NCBI GenBank assembly: GCA_965227295.1
Contig: OZ245742.1
Span: 1,984,001 to 2,048,000, forward strand
Reading direction: 5' to 3'
Length of the DNA stretch: 64,000 bases
Source: Leptonemataceae bacterium
GTDB taxonomy: Bacteria; Spirochaetota; Leptospiria; Leptospirales; Leptonemataceae
Translations under genes and position numbers: made by a program
The notes under the pieces: model-generated
What the model was told of the DNA's origin: nothing
Seen by the model: only the letters and a program-made list of their open reading frames with translations
The model's database searches: none
Shown here: in pieces, positions 1-8,806 of the stretch
Layout of the letters: each line of letters opens with the position of its first letter
Position numbering within the stretch: position 1 is the first letter of the stretch

Positions 1-640
<640 letters not shown>

Positions 641-643
641 GCT

Positions 644-1666
644 TTATCCGCGCAGATCGGCCCATCGTGTAAACGATTCTTCGACGGCGCTCTGGAAATC
701 ATGGCGGCCCAGAATGAAGGCGGTGACGTGCCCGTAGTCGAGCCAGCGCTGTTCGGAGCCGGCGTTGTGTTGATGGCAGATGTTCGTGGAGTAGGCGGGG
801 ATGTATTGATCGCGGCGGCCGCCGAGGATGAGGCAGGCCTCCGGCGCGGCGACCGGCGGCAGGTGTCGTAAATCGGAAAGGTCCAGGACGTCGATGAGTT
901 TGCGGCGAGGATCTTCGTGCGGGTAGTCCCGGCCCAGGCGCTCCCAGTCCACTTTACGCGCGAGGATGCCCTCGCTGTAAACCGGCGTTGCCGAGTGGGA
1001 CGGGATGCAGGCGGCCACGGCCAGGGGACGGCGATACCGTGCGGCTACGGCCAGCGCCATGTAACCGCCCATGCTGACGCCGGTGACTCCCAGGCAGCGA
1101 CGCCCCCGGCCGCGAAACCAATCGAGGAGGGCGATGCCTTCTTCCTGAGCGGCGCGCGACATTTGCAGTAAGTCGATGACGCGTTCGGAATTCGAAGTGG
1201 CCTGCTGCTGCGGTCGCCGGCTGCCGTACAGGGGATTCTCAAGTATGAGCGCGCCGATCTTTTGTTTCAGCAACGGCCCCGCGATCATCGTGCGGCGGCG
1301 GCCGTAGCCCTCGTCACCGGTAGCGGCATAGTGCAAAGCCAGGGGCGTGTCCGCGTCGGCATCGTTCGGTTCCAGCCACAGAAAACGGGCGGTGCGGGTG
1401 CCCTCGGGCAGTTGATCGAGCTCGCGGCGCCGGCCGTTTTGCCAGGTGTATTGAAACGGGCTTTCAAAGAATCCCTCCCGGGCGGTACCGCCGGGAACGG
1501 CCACGGCCTCCGTCCAGCGTATGTCGTGAATCTTCGGGCGTTGCTGGTTGCGGTTTAGCTTTTGGGCGCTGGAAGTTAAGAGATAGTCGATGAGTTCCGG
1601 CCGGCCCCAGCCCTGGCTAAAAAACGGTTTTCGATTCGCCACCCCGGCATACAGTCTGTCTATCAC
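644..1666 (-). CDS. Alpha/beta hydrolase, ABHD18/DUF2048-like
   Basis: FFSQGWG N-terminal motif, ENPLYGSRRP, nucleophile elbow GVSMGG, C-terminal D and GH. Start moved to GTG at 1666, which has GGAGG upstream and avoids overlap with the next gene. Confidence 0.8.
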   Translation of the reverse strand: MIDRLYAGVANRKPFFSQGWGRPELIDYLLTSSAQKLNRNQQRPKIHDIRWTEAVAVPGGTAREGFFESPFQYTWQNGRRRELDQLPEGTRTARFLWLEPNDADADTPLALHYAATGDEGYGRRRTMIAGPLLKQKIGALILENPLYGSRRPQQQATSNSERVIDLLQMSRAAQEEGIALLDWFRGRGRRCLGVTGVSMGGYMALAVAARYRRPLAVAACIPSHSATPVYSEGILARKVDWERLGRDYPHEDPRRKLIDVLDLSDLRHLPPVAAPEACLILGGRRDQYIPAYSTNICHQHNAGSEQRWLDYGHVTAFILGRHDFQSAVEESFTRWADLRG

Positions 1667-1693
1667 GCGCGGCCTCCGCTGTGTACCTTTCCT

Positions 1694-2956
1694 ATGACGG
1701 TCAGCTCTCCCGAAAACAAAGAAATCATCAGCACGTGTCTCGTGGTATCCGGCGTGGGTGCCCTGGCGTCGTTTTTGGGCATCGGTTCCGATGTGCGCAA
1801 TCTGCCGGAAATCTACACCGCCGCGGCCGTGACGATTCGGTCCGTATTCGGGCTGCTGTTCTTCGCCGGCGTGATCGTGGCCTGGCGTCGACCCGAAGTT
1901 GCTGTTCGCTATCATACGCACATTGTGCTCGCCGGGGCCTTGTTGTCCTTTGTGTATCTGACCTGGCTCGACGTCGCTTCCGGGGATTATACTCGTTCCG
2001 CTTATAACCGGAGTCTCATCGTGCCGAGCATCGCCGTGCTCGTGTTCCGGCGCATGGGTTTTAAACGTCAGACGGCAGCCCTCGTTTTCGCCCTGGTCTT
2101 CTACGGCACTTCCATCAGCTTTGTCTACGAAGTCAGTTTGTTCGGGGCGCGGCCCGCCGACCGGTACTTTCAGGATTTGATGAACGATCTTTTTCAGATT
2201 CTCCTGGTCCTGCTGCTGGTATTTCAGCGCTACAAAGCCTATCAGAACGAGGAGGTCCGTCTAAGGGAGGCGCTTAAGAACGCGAACGACGTGAAATCCG
2301 AAATCATCGCTAAAGTGAATCATGAACTGCAGGTGCCGCTGCTCGGTCTGCTCGCGAACCTGGATTCCCTGGAGAAGGGCCTCGGCCGCGGGGACCAGGA
2401 TCGCATGCAGCGCGTCATTGACCGCAGTTACAACTACTGCATCTATCAGCGGACCCTGGTGAACAACATGATTTACGCGTCCACATCGGACGAACATCTG
2501 CCGTTTCATGTCGATCGCAGCGCCCGGGCTTCGCTGCAGGAGTGTTACCGAAAATCCGCCGAGTTGGTGGGAGACATTCACGACGGAGAGATTCGCGCCG
2601 GTAAGCCGCCCGCGGTGGAGGTCTCCTGCCAGAACGAGATATTGATGATCATCCTGATCAACATCCTTTCGAACTGCGCGGAGCACTCCAGTAACGTTGA
2701 GTTACAGTGGACGCAACTTAAAGACACGGTGGTGATGCATACGAAAAACAGTCTGGTGACACCTATCGACGTCGACGCGATTTTTCAGAAATGGACAAGC
2801 AGTCGTCGAGATGGTACAAAGCCGATCCTCGGTCTCGGCCTGAACATCGCCCGGGATCTGATCCAGCGAAGCGGCGGTACGATTCAGGCCCGGGAGGAGT
2901 CCGGTGAAGACGGCCGCCGGCTGTTTTATCTGGATGTATCCTTGCCGTGCGGCTGA
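1694..2956 (+). CDS. Multi-TM sensor histidine kinase
   Basis: About 5-6 hydrophobic segments, H-box HELQVPL, N-box NILSNCAEH, G2 box GLGLNIA...GGTI. Confidence 0.85.
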   Translation: MTVSSPENKEIISTCLVVSGVGALASFLGIGSDVRNLPEIYTAAAVTIRSVFGLLFFAGVIVAWRRPEVAVRYHTHIVLAGALLSFVYLTWLDVASGDYTRSAYNRSLIVPSIAVLVFRRMGFKRQTAALVFALVFYGTSISFVYEVSLFGARPADRYFQDLMNDLFQILLVLLLVFQRYKAYQNEEVRLREALKNANDVKSEIIAKVNHELQVPLLGLLANLDSLEKGLGRGDQDRMQRVIDRSYNYCIYQRTLVNNMIYASTSDEHLPFHVDRSARASLQECYRKSAELVGDIHDGEIRAGKPPAVEVSCQNEILMIILINILSNCAEHSSNVELQWTQLKDTVVMHTKNSLVTPIDVDAIFQKWTSSRRDGTKPILGLGLNIARDLIQRSGGTIQAREESGEDGRRLFYLDVSLPCG

Positions 2957-3639
2957 AAGGGTACCGGCTCCCGGACCCAGGGCAATTCCGCGCAGAGACG
3001 CAAATCCAGAGCCGTCACGAAGCTCGTGCCGATGTACGACCTGGGCGCACTGAGAGTCAGGGAGGGAACCTTAAGCATACGCCGCAAGAACTGGTTTACC
3101 AGTTCATCGCTTTCCACGATGCAGTAAGTCGCCCCCATGTTTTCGTTCATCAAAAAAAGATGCCGCGCCATTCGCTGAAAAATGCGCATGCCGTCCGCCC
3201 AACGGTAGCCGGCGTCCACAACGGCCGCCGTATCCATGCAAAAATGGCTGCCGTGCCACAGAGAATCGACAGGGACGTTCCAGCGGCGAGCCAGTTCGCG
3301 GAAGTCGACGTCGAATATCTTCTCGGCCGCGAAGCGGGTATCCGGTTGCCAGCGTACGCAACGGTAACCGCCGATGATGGACGAAGGGGCATCCGCTTCC
3401 GACCAGAGGGCCGCCATATAGACGCCGTGCTCGGCCATACTCAGTTCTTCCGCGATCAAGGAATTGATCTCGTCTTCGTCCGCCGACCAGCCCTGACGTC
3501 GGCCGATGCGCCGCGCATACAGGTCGAATACGAAGCGCGCAAATTCTTCGATTCGGTCCAGGCCGAGTTGCGCTATAGTGATGGTGTCGGAAAGATGTTC
3601 CAGAATTCTGGTTTGCTCGGGACATGGGTATGCGTACAT
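2926..3639 (-). CDS. Putative GNAT-fold acyltransferase, LuxI/FeeM-like
   Basis: Pattern IIGGYRCVRW...AEKIFDVD...LWHGSHFCMD...YCIVESD...PRSYIG resembles acyl-HSL and N-acyl amino acid synthase folds. Confidence 0.55.
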   Translation of the reverse strand: MYAYPCPEQTRILEHLSDTITIAQLGLDRIEEFARFVFDLYARRIGRRQGWSADEDEINSLIAEELSMAEHGVYMAALWSEADAPSSIIGGYRCVRWQPDTRFAAEKIFDVDFRELARRWNVPVDSLWHGSHFCMDTAAVVDAGYRWADGMRIFQRMARHLFLMNENMGATYCIVESDELVNQFLRRMLKVPSLTLSAPRSYIGTSFVTALDLRLCAELPWVREPVPFQPHGKDTSR

Positions 3640-3701
3640 TGTGTACCTCTCTTGTGTTTAATTTTTGACTTCTGTGAGGAGTCCGTGAATTTGTTCCGGC
3701 G

Positions 3702-4397
3702 ATGCGGAGTGCACAGTTCATGCATATGGGAAAGGACCGGCCGAAGAATGCAAAACACAGGGTCTACCTGGTGGACGATGAGGTGATCGTCCGTGCCTGG
3801 TTGAAGGATCGTATCGAGGAAGAGGATGATCTGGAGTGCGCCGGGGAAGCCCGGAACGGTGATCACGCCGTAGATTATCTAACGGGACATCCCGGCTCCA
3901 TCGATCTGGTAATACTCGACCTGGCGATGCCCGGTCGCGACGGCTTTGAGGTCCTGAATGATCTTACGAACTGCCAGCCCGACGCCCGGGTGCTGATCTA
4001 TACGCAACACCGCGACCCTGAATTCGTGCGCCGCTGCCGTCGCCGCTGCCAGGGATACATGCTGAAAGACGAGCCCGTGGCGAACATCATGCCCGTCATC
4101 CATCTGATTCTGAGCGGAGAATCGTACTATTCTCCGGGCCTGGAGGCGCCGGAGTTCAACGCGCGCAGCGAGGGCGTGCTGGCGGATTTTAAGATTCGGC
4201 TGACGAAACTTACGCCCAGTGAGCGAGAGGTGGTGATCTGCACGGCCCGCGGGATGACCAGCCGGGACGCCGGCAAACACCTGGGCAAGAGTCACCGGAC
4301 AGTGGAAGAGCAGCTGCGTAAAATCTATCGCAAGCTCGGCGTAAACAATAAAGCGGAACTTGCGCAGTTTGCAGTACGCTCAAATCTCCTTGCATGA
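3702..4397 (+). CDS. NarL/LuxR-family response regulator (start may be 3720 or 3726)
   Basis: REC domain (LVDD, ILDLAMP, MLKD) plus LuxR HTH (LTPSEREV...RTVEEQLRKIYRKLGVNNKAEL). Confidence 0.92.
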   Translation: MRSAQFMHMGKDRPKNAKHRVYLVDDEVIVRAWLKDRIEEEDDLECAGEARNGDHAVDYLTGHPGSIDLVILDLAMPGRDGFEVLNDLTNCQPDARVLIYTQHRDPEFVRRCRRRCQGYMLKDEPVANIMPVIHLILSGESYYSPGLEAPEFNARSEGVLADFKIRLTKLTPSEREVVICTARGMTSRDAGKHLGKSHRTVEEQLRKIYRKLGVNNKAELAQFAVRSNLLA

Positions 4398-4608
4398 GCG
4401 TTTTCATTCAACGCTTTTCTATATCTTACGTAGTACTACATAAATTTCAGCCCGGAATTACGCGTCTTTCGGCGGAAAATCTTGCGACCCTGCGTCCTGT
4501 TTCTTTCGTCCAACGCGCACCGAAAAATATTGCAGCTCCGCCGCCTGCGGCTGATTATGTTGTCACGCAGGGCGGAGACGCGGGCGTTCGGGACAAGGTG
4601 GTACTTCT

Positions 4609-5004
4609 ATGAAACGAAAAGGTCTTACAATGGCGGTAGCGATTTTATGTTTGCTCACGGCGAGTGCGCTTACCGCGGAAGATGGTGCGAAACTCACGGA
4701 GGAGCAGAAGATCGAAAAGCTCCTCGCGGCCATCAGTTCTTCGAATGCCGTTTTCATTCGCAACGGCATCGAGTACGGCGCCGAGGCGGCCGTGGCGCAC
4801 ATGCGTCTAAAACTCTCGCGCTCGGGCGGAATGATCACGACGGCCGATCGTTTCATCGAGTATATTGCAACGAAGTCGTCTATTACAGGTATTCCGTACT
4901 ACATAAAGTTCCAGGACGGAACGAAAGTAAAGAGCGCCGACTGGCTGCGCGCACGGTTGCAGGAGATCGAAGAGCCGGAGGCCTGCTGCTCCATCTCTAA
5001 GTAA
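4609..5004 (+). CDS. Exported DUF5329-like protein
   Basis: Signal peptide; FIRNG...AVAHMRLK...FIEYIATKSSITGIPY...SADWL signature. Confidence 0.8.
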   Translation: MKRKGLTMAVAILCLLTASALTAEDGAKLTEEQKIEKLLAAISSSNAVFIRNGIEYGAEAAVAHMRLKLSRSGGMITTADRFIEYIATKSSITGIPYYIKFQDGTKVKSADWLRARLQEIEEPEACCSISK

Positions 5005-5590
5005 CGTCTTCGGCGCCGGCGGCCTCGTGATCGTCGGCCGCGTCTTCGTCTTCAGCCCCGCTCGTGTCGTCCTCCGCCGGCACGGCCCCGGTGAACTTGC
5101 GCACGGTGAGTACGAGATACAGCCGGCCGTAGTAACGTCGCTCGCGCCGGTCCCGCAGAAAGAAGATCATGATGTACTGGCGGTAGGTTCTGCCGTCCAC
5201 GCGGACCAGTTGATGGTTCAGGTTTTCCGGCGGTTCCAGATCCACGTTGAATCCGCCGTCCTGCAGTTCGAAGACGATGTTCGAGGCCAGCTGGTTGCTG
5301 AATTCCAGCACGATGGAATCGGCCATGCCCCGCAGGCCGGCGTCGATTTGAAAACGTTCCGCGATGCGCGGTAGCAGCTTGAGTTTCGTATAACCGTCGA
5401 GGCAAAAGTAGAGATAACCGTTGATGTCGCCGGAAAAACCGATGCGCGAACAGCTTTCGTAGCACAACCCCTCGTTGCGGGACGGCCCGTAGGCCTCTTT
5501 GTCCGCGCTGATGTACAGGTTTTCCTTGAAGAACTCGGTGGTGATCCGGTTCAGCGTCAGGATGATCTTTTCGTCGAGCAGCGGATCCAT
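4997..5590 (-). CDS. CheX-like chemotaxis phosphatase domain protein
   Basis: IGFSGDINGYLYF and E-x-x-N motif (LEFSNQLAS); acidic tail. Confidence 0.7.
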   Translation of the reverse strand: MDPLLDEKIILTLNRITTEFFKENLYISADKEAYGPSRNEGLCYESCSRIGFSGDINGYLYFCLDGYTKLKLLPRIAERFQIDAGLRGMADSIVLEFSNQLASNIVFELQDGGFNVDLEPPENLNHQLVRVDGRTYRQYIMIFFLRDRRERRYYGRLYLVLTVRKFTGAVPAEDDTSGAEDEDAADDHEAAGAEDVT

Positions 5591-5619
5591 GCCGTAATTT
5601 AACTTTCAGTACGATTAAG

Positions 5620-7689
5620 TTACGTAAGTCGATCTTCCATCTGGAAGGCCAGGGCTTCGCCGACACCCTCGTAGACCCGAAAGCGATTCGGTCCCAGGCG
5701 TTCGCATTGTTCGAGGGCCGTGCCGGCCCGGCGAAACCATTCGTAGGCCGAGGCCGGTCCGCCCTGCTCCGCCAGCACCGCGATGCCGACGTTCAGGTCC
5801 ACCGCCTCACGTTCGCGGGCGTAGGTGAGGTACTCGCCGAAGCGACGTTCGAGTTCTTCCGCGGGCATCTCCGGTCCGAGTACGGCGAAGACGTCCGCTG
5901 CGATGCGATAACGGCGCCAGGGTGACGGAAAGAAGGCCCGCAACATGAGGCCGAGGTTCGCGAAGCTCTCGGGATTCGTACGCCCGTGAAAACGCAGGAG
6001 CGTGAGTGCGCGCGGGATGCGAACTTCTCGTTTCAATGCGAACTCGTGCAACAGATCGCGTTGAAACATGAGGCCGTTGCTGAGCGTGGAACCGCCGTCG
6101 CTGGTCGCCTGTTCAAAGATGCGTGCCTGGTACAGCAGCTCGCCGAACTTGCGGATCTCGTACCAGGCCTCGGTCAGAGCTTCGCGATTGTAGAGCGGAG
6201 CCTCGGAGCGAATGCGCAGCATGCCGGGAATGCCCTCGCGGGACGGAACCGGAAAGAACATCTCGCGACCGTCGTCCAGGGCGACGTAGTTGCCGTCGCC
6301 GAGTTTCTGGATGAGCTTCGGCGGGACGGTGCTCTCTTCACTGATGGCGGCTCCGGAAATGAAAATGTTCCCGCTGCGACGCATCACGGCATGGTAACGT
6401 CCGCGACGATTTCTTAAGTAAAGCGTAATGTCCGCGCGGCCCAGGCAGTCTTCGACGGCGCCGAGAAAACTTTTTGCGAAGGACTCCACGTTGGCCGCGT
6501 CTTCGGGAAAACCCGGCTGATCATGATAACGATAAAAACGAAAGTCGAAGTACGACGAACCGCCGGCGGCCCGGCTCTCATCACGCAGATGAAAGTAACG
6601 CGTAGTGAAATCCAGATCGTCCGGGGGAACGGGTTCCCGAATCGGAGCAAGCACGGATTGAAAGCCGGGCAGGTTCCAGCGTTCCTGCTCGAACTCGTAA
6701 TGTTCCTCGGCCGCGGGTTGCGCGGCGCGCTCTTCCAGGTGTGCGCGCAGGTCCTGCTGCTCGCGCGAGGACAGTGGTCGGTCGAACAGAAAGTTTTTGG
6801 GATCGTTCCATTCGCGGACCGTGTTCTCGATCTCGGCCTCGAAGGCGGCCGGTTTACGGCGCGGGCGATCGTGTACGGGCAGGGCGTCGACGGGCATGGG
6901 CCGTGTCCGGGGTTCTCCGGCCGGGGGCAGGTCGATTTCATCGGCGAAGATGTCCGCGTCGTCGACGGCAGCGCTGTCGCCGCCTTCCAGCGGGCGATCG
7001 GGGTCGGGCCAGGTTTCCGTTTCTACGTTAATCGTTCGTGAGTGAAAGTTACGCGGGCGCAGGCGGTGCAGGCTGATCAAAGCCAGGGCCAGACCCAGGG
7101 CGATCATGGCGCCGCCGATGTACGGGGCCGCTTCTTCGAAACGCAAGAAGAACCAGCGGGATACCGACTGCGGCGCGCCGTAGAGATTGCGGGCCCGGCG
7201 TTGGGCAATGCGGATCGACTCGTACACGTAACGAACGACGGCGTCTTCGGTGCGGCCCTCTTCTTTCAGAAGCTGCACTTCGCGACTCATCGTATAGTAA
7301 CGACCGGAACGCCGGGCCTCCGCCGTCGGAGTGGATTCCTCGAAAGATTTTTCCAGGCGCTTCAGTTGATCCTGCGAAATACGTTGCGGATCATAGGAGC
7401 GGTAGATCACTACTCCGCCGCGAGTCTCGACGCGCAGGTATGCCAGGTTGTGTTTTTCGAGAATCTTACGACCGACCAGCGCCAGCCGATCTCCGGCCAG
7501 GGGATAACCTTGAAATCCGCGGCGCACATCCATCAGCACGTCGTGCGTGGACGGATGACGATCCTCGGGCGGATTCAGCGGCAGAAACTCGCCGCTGCCG
7601 TACGCGGCGAAGAGACCGACGACGACGATCAAGAAGCCCGCGCATAACGCGGAAACGAAGATAGCGATGGAACGGGAACCTGACTCCAC
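5620..7689 (-). CDS. Two-TM protein with C-terminal degenerate GGDEF-like domain
   Basis: Two TM segments. C-terminus TLSNGLMF...RYRIAADVFAVL...LNVGIA...GPNRF follows the GGDEF layout but lacks GG(D/E)EF. Confidence 0.6.
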   Translation of the reverse strand: MESGSRSIAIFVSALCAGFLIVVVGLFAAYGSGEFLPLNPPEDRHPSTHDVLMDVRRGFQGYPLAGDRLALVGRKILEKHNLAYLRVETRGGVVIYRSYDPQRISQDQLKRLEKSFEESTPTAEARRSGRYYTMSREVQLLKEEGRTEDAVVRYVYESIRIAQRRARNLYGAPQSVSRWFFLRFEEAAPYIGGAMIALGLALALISLHRLRPRNFHSRTINVETETWPDPDRPLEGGDSAAVDDADIFADEIDLPPAGEPRTRPMPVDALPVHDRPRRKPAAFEAEIENTVREWNDPKNFLFDRPLSSREQQDLRAHLEERAAQPAAEEHYEFEQERWNLPGFQSVLAPIREPVPPDDLDFTTRYFHLRDESRAAGGSSYFDFRFYRYHDQPGFPEDAANVESFAKSFLGAVEDCLGRADITLYLRNRRGRYHAVMRRSGNIFISGAAISEESTVPPKLIQKLGDGNYVALDDGREMFFPVPSREGIPGMLRIRSEAPLYNREALTEAWYEIRKFGELLYQARIFEQATSDGGSTLSNGLMFQRDLLHEFALKREVRIPRALTLLRFHGRTNPESFANLGLMLRAFFPSPWRRYRIAADVFAVLGPEMPAEELERRFGEYLTYAREREAVDLNVGIAVLAEQGGPASAYEWFRRAGTALEQCERLGPNRFRVYEGVGEALAFQMEDRLT

Positions 7690-7852
7690 CTTTTGAACAT
7701 CGGTCCGGGATTCGAAAGCGTGCAGGAAAAAAGCGGACGTTCAGTCGGCGTGTTCCCTGAAAATTTCCCCGGCCTGGCGGCGGATTTCGCTCAGTTCCTC
7801 CGGTCGTTTGCGATCGAGATTCTTCAATTGTAAGGCGACGCCGCAACCCAAA

Positions 7853-8760
7853 TTAGCCGGCCGCCTGCAGGCGCTGCTCTTTCAACGTTTGTTTGATGGT
7901 GCGGCTGTTTTCTGTGAGTACCAGGGCCGGCTCGTCCACGCTGTAGATACTCAGATGCGCGGTCTTGCCCTTCGGCCGGTACAGCCCGAGTTTTTTTACG
8001 CGCTCCGTCTTAGTCAGGCGTTCGCGCACGGCCTCGTCAAAGACCAGGCCGCGACGCACCTGGCGGGTCACCGCTTCCAGGCGCGCCGCCGTATTCACGA
8101 CGTCACCGAGCAGGGTATAGTCGCGGCGAGACTGTGAGCCGATGTTGCCTTCCAGTACGTTGCCGCAGGTCATGCCGATGCCGGCATGCAGCATTCGGAG
8201 CGGACTGTCGACCTGGGCGTTGTCGCGCACCTGTTGCAGACGTTTTTGAAAATTCACGACGGCCAGTATCGCGGCGTCGGCCTGGTCCGGGCGGAAGCGC
8301 GCCATGAGTCCGTCGCCGGTGAGTTTTAGAACGTCGCCGCCGGCTCCGATGATCTCGGTGGAAGCGGCCTCGTAGAAGGCGTCGAGGATCGGCATGAATC
8401 CGTCCACCGGCAAGAACTCGGCCAGGCTCGTGGAGCCGACGATATCCGAGAACAAAACGATGGCTTCGGTTTTCTTCGGCCGCACGTTCAACGGATTCTC
8501 TCCGGCCTGGATGCTCTCGCGCACGAACTCCGAGGTGTACTTCTCCAGGATGCGGTGCGTGCGGGACAACGAGTTCAGCAAATTTTTAATGGGACGAATG
8601 AGCGAATCCGTCTTTTCGTCCAGGACCACCGTCTTCATGTTCCAGTCCGGATAGGCCCGGTCGGGGATTTGTTGTTGCGGCTGGACGACTCGCCGATCTG
8701 CTCAATGTCTTCGAATGAGAGCGGTCGGGCGAAGTTGGAAATGTAAGTAAGCCGTTTCAT
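7853..8760 (-). pseudogene. Photoactivated adenylyl cyclase (BLUF + class III cyclase) with internal BLUF deletion and frameshift; cyclase ORF 7853-8638 intact
   Basis: ATG 8760 gives MKRLTYISNFARPLSFEDIEQIGESSSRNNK. Another frame continues PDRAYPDWNMKTVVL...LFSDIVG...KLTGDG...DYTLLGDVVNTAARLE, colinear with bPAC. Confidence 0.85.
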
Positions 8761-8806
8761 GTTTGTAAGATAAGGATTCGTTTGAGATCCGTCGCCGATT
8801 TTTTGA

